A DNA stretch of 36,237 nt, taken from the NCBI GenBank assembly GCA_027001995.1, contig JALTLO010000084.1, positions 23,299-59,535 on the forward strand, read 5' to 3'. The stretch comes from Planctomycetota bacterium. Lineage in GTDB: Bacteria > Planctomycetota > GCA-002687715 > DRQF01. Position numbers and translations under genes: made by a program. Positions 34,630 to 36,237 of the stretch are shown one piece after another (position 1 is the stretch's first letter; every line of letters begins with the position of its first letter). The notes under the pieces are model-generated. The model was given only the letters and a program-made list of their open reading frames with translations, searched no databases and was not told the origin of the DNA.

Positions 34630-36180
34630 TCAGCTGATCAGTTCGCGAATCTTTTCCACGATATCGTACATCAGCTGAGTGTCGCGTCCGCAGTACGCCA
34701 GCAGTTGCTCTTCGATCGCCGCCCGCTCCTCAGTCGAACAATCTGGCGAGACTGCACGCTTCCAGGCCACAACCGCCGCTATTCCGTCTTGGATCTCGAG
34801 GTCGCCGTAACCGCTGCCGAGCAGCGCGGGAGCCGCCTTCTTGATCAAATAACTCCCCTGCTGTTCTGGATGGTAGTAGCCAGCAAGCAAGAGCGCCTCA
34901 GTGTCGAAAAACCGCCCCGCCAGCCCATCAACGATTTCGGTATTGGAACCCCCAAGCGAATCGGCTGTTGCTCTCAGAACAGTCAGCTCGGCCGCCTTGT
35001 GATGGGCGACGATGCTCCCCACGACGGGGAGAGCGGCAAGGAACGAGTCCATGAAAGGCTGTCGAGGGTCGTCGCCATCGAGGTGGAGGAAAGAACGCGG
35101 CTCCTCGAGCTCCACACCGGCCTCAAGCTGAATCTGCATCGACCACTGAAAGGGAATCGGCTCATACGGCCGACTATTGCGGTAGCGCGGAACCGCCATC
35201 ATTGTGTCGAATTCGAAGTCCACGTAAGCGACCGGCCAGCGCAGGGACCCGAGCTCGCGACGCAGAGAATCGGACTCGACGACGGCCTCGCCATGCTGAA
35301 CGGCGACGATCATGCGACGCTGCTTCTCGGTCCATCTGGGGGCGGCCTCGTCGGGGTCGAGGCGCTCGACCGAGGGCTCATGCATCGCCTGGACGAAGGT
35401 GACTTTCTTTCCCCCGAGACTTGGAAGCCGCCCGGCCCAATTCTCGGGAAGGCGTGAGCCGCAATAGCCGCCCTTTGCGAGGTGACCGCAGGCGCTCGGA
35501 CGATCGCCTCCCTTGCCGGCTGAGTCGGCCTTGCAGCGCGGCCCCGGCGTCGCGTCCGGGACCTCCGCCTCCTGCATGACCGCGAGCTGTTCGGCGATTT
35601 GTTGCTTCACCGGCTCTCTGAGTTCGGTGACCTGCTCGGTCAGGTCGGGCGCGAGGATCATCGCTCTGACGTCGAGGTCCTCACCCCGCCGGTACTCGCG
35701 GTTTAGATGGATGACCCCCGAGCCAACGATACGAAGGCCTGCACGACGGGCGACTTCGCACTGGAAGGCGAGGTCCCAATGGTGGATCACTTTGGCCCTG
35801 GTCGAGGCCTTGATCTCCCAGAGAAACCAGCCGTCGTCCCGGGGCTCGAGAAGATCGGCGATCGCGAGGAGATCATTAGCAGCAAGGTGCGCCTGGAGGA
35901 TCGGGGCCGAACCACTCAATGCATCCCGGGTCCACTCGATGCAAACGTCGAGGTCACTGCTCAGCTCGCCCTGCTCCTCCTCTCCCGGCGCATCGACGAT
36001 GCGCACCGCGTTCGGGAAGAGGGTCGCCACCTGGCTCTCGAGTTCGGCTCCTTCCGCCCCGCGTTCTTCCCAGACTTCCTCCGATTCCAGGGCAGGCTCT
36101 ACTTCTCCATGGACAGCCAGCCAAATCCGACGATGACATTGACGCCCCTTCAAGTAGCGCGACTTTGTGAGCCGATTCAT
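34630..36180 (-). CDS. DUF2779-containing protein: N-terminal PD-(D/E)XK-like nuclease plus RNase H-like (DEDD-type) domain
   Basis: LTKSRYLKGRQC, ADLL...WEIKAST, DLAFQ, YVDFEF, PYEPIPFQWSMQ, YYHPEQQGSYLIK, LLAYCGRDT; GGAG RBS. Confidence 0.88.
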   Translation of the reverse strand: MNRLTKSRYLKGRQCHRRIWLAVHGEVEPALESEEVWEERGAEGAELESQVATLFPNAVRIVDAPGEEEQGELSSDLDVCIEWTRDALSGSAPILQAHLAANDLLAIADLLEPRDDGWFLWEIKASTRAKVIHHWDLAFQCEVARRAGLRIVGSGVIHLNREYRRGEDLDVRAMILAPDLTEQVTELREPVKQQIAEQLAVMQEAEVPDATPGPRCKADSAGKGGDRPSACGHLAKGGYCGSRLPENWAGRLPSLGGKKVTFVQAMHEPSVERLDPDEAAPRWTEKQRRMIVAVQHGEAVVESDSLRRELGSLRWPVAYVDFEFDTMMAVPRYRNSRPYEPIPFQWSMQIQLEAGVELEEPRSFLHLDGDDPRQPFMDSFLAALPVVGSIVAHHKAAELTVLRATADSLGGSNTEIVDGLAGRFFDTEALLLAGYYHPEQQGSYLIKKAAPALLGSGYGDLEIQDGIAAVVAWKRAVSPDCSTEERAAIEEQLLAYCGRDTQLMYDIVEKIRELIS

Positions 36181-36237
36181 TTCTCACTCCGGGGGTTGGC
36201 AAATTCACAAAGCCCCTTCCTCAGGTGGCATACGTTG

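Noticed and set aside
34510..35457. 315-aa plus-strand ORF (also 35513-36136 and 33697-34374)
   Set aside because: Shadow or alternate frames of GC-rich genes that have clear motifs in another frame.

Overview
A 36-kb accessory/defence region with no rRNA, tRNA, integrase or CRISPR array visible. (1) 1-3721, GC-rich: a 5'-truncated reverse transcriptase with non-canonical motifs (KYHDS, GIPNG, FIDD) and a long C-terminal extension, followed by a Cys/His zinc-knuckle (HGGxSTG-like) protein and three hypothetical genes. (2) 3780-9741, a leftward, tightly coupled mobile-element operon: hypothetical, Fe-S PD-(D/E)XK nuclease, RadC/JAB, hypothetical, DUF3150-like, DUF1257-like, DUF2997-like, two stem-loops with the same stem but different loops, Ycf46-like AAA ATPase, YkvA, a 35-aa membrane peptide, and a terminator. 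(3) 9963-28757, a rightward defence island: TIR / unknown helical protein / TIR with no recognisable Thoeris effector, an excisionase-type HTH, a complete type 1 BREX (brxA-B-C-pglX-pglZ-brxL) with a scar and repeats between pglX and pglZ, and a Menshen-like DUF262 / AAA-DUF3696 / putative nuclease trio. (4) 29118-33016: a controller-type XRE regulator divergent from a YeeP/YfjP-like GTPase and an LRAT-family enzyme, plus two lipoproteins. (5) 33170-36180: gene remnants, a winged-helix protein and a DUF2779 nuclease, GC-rich again from about 33.8 kb. Best candidates for undescribed biology: the atypical RT locus, the TIR-X-TIR cassette, the GTPase-LRAT pair and the twin stem-loops at 5792-5998. 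All family calls come from motif recognition by eye; no database searches were run.
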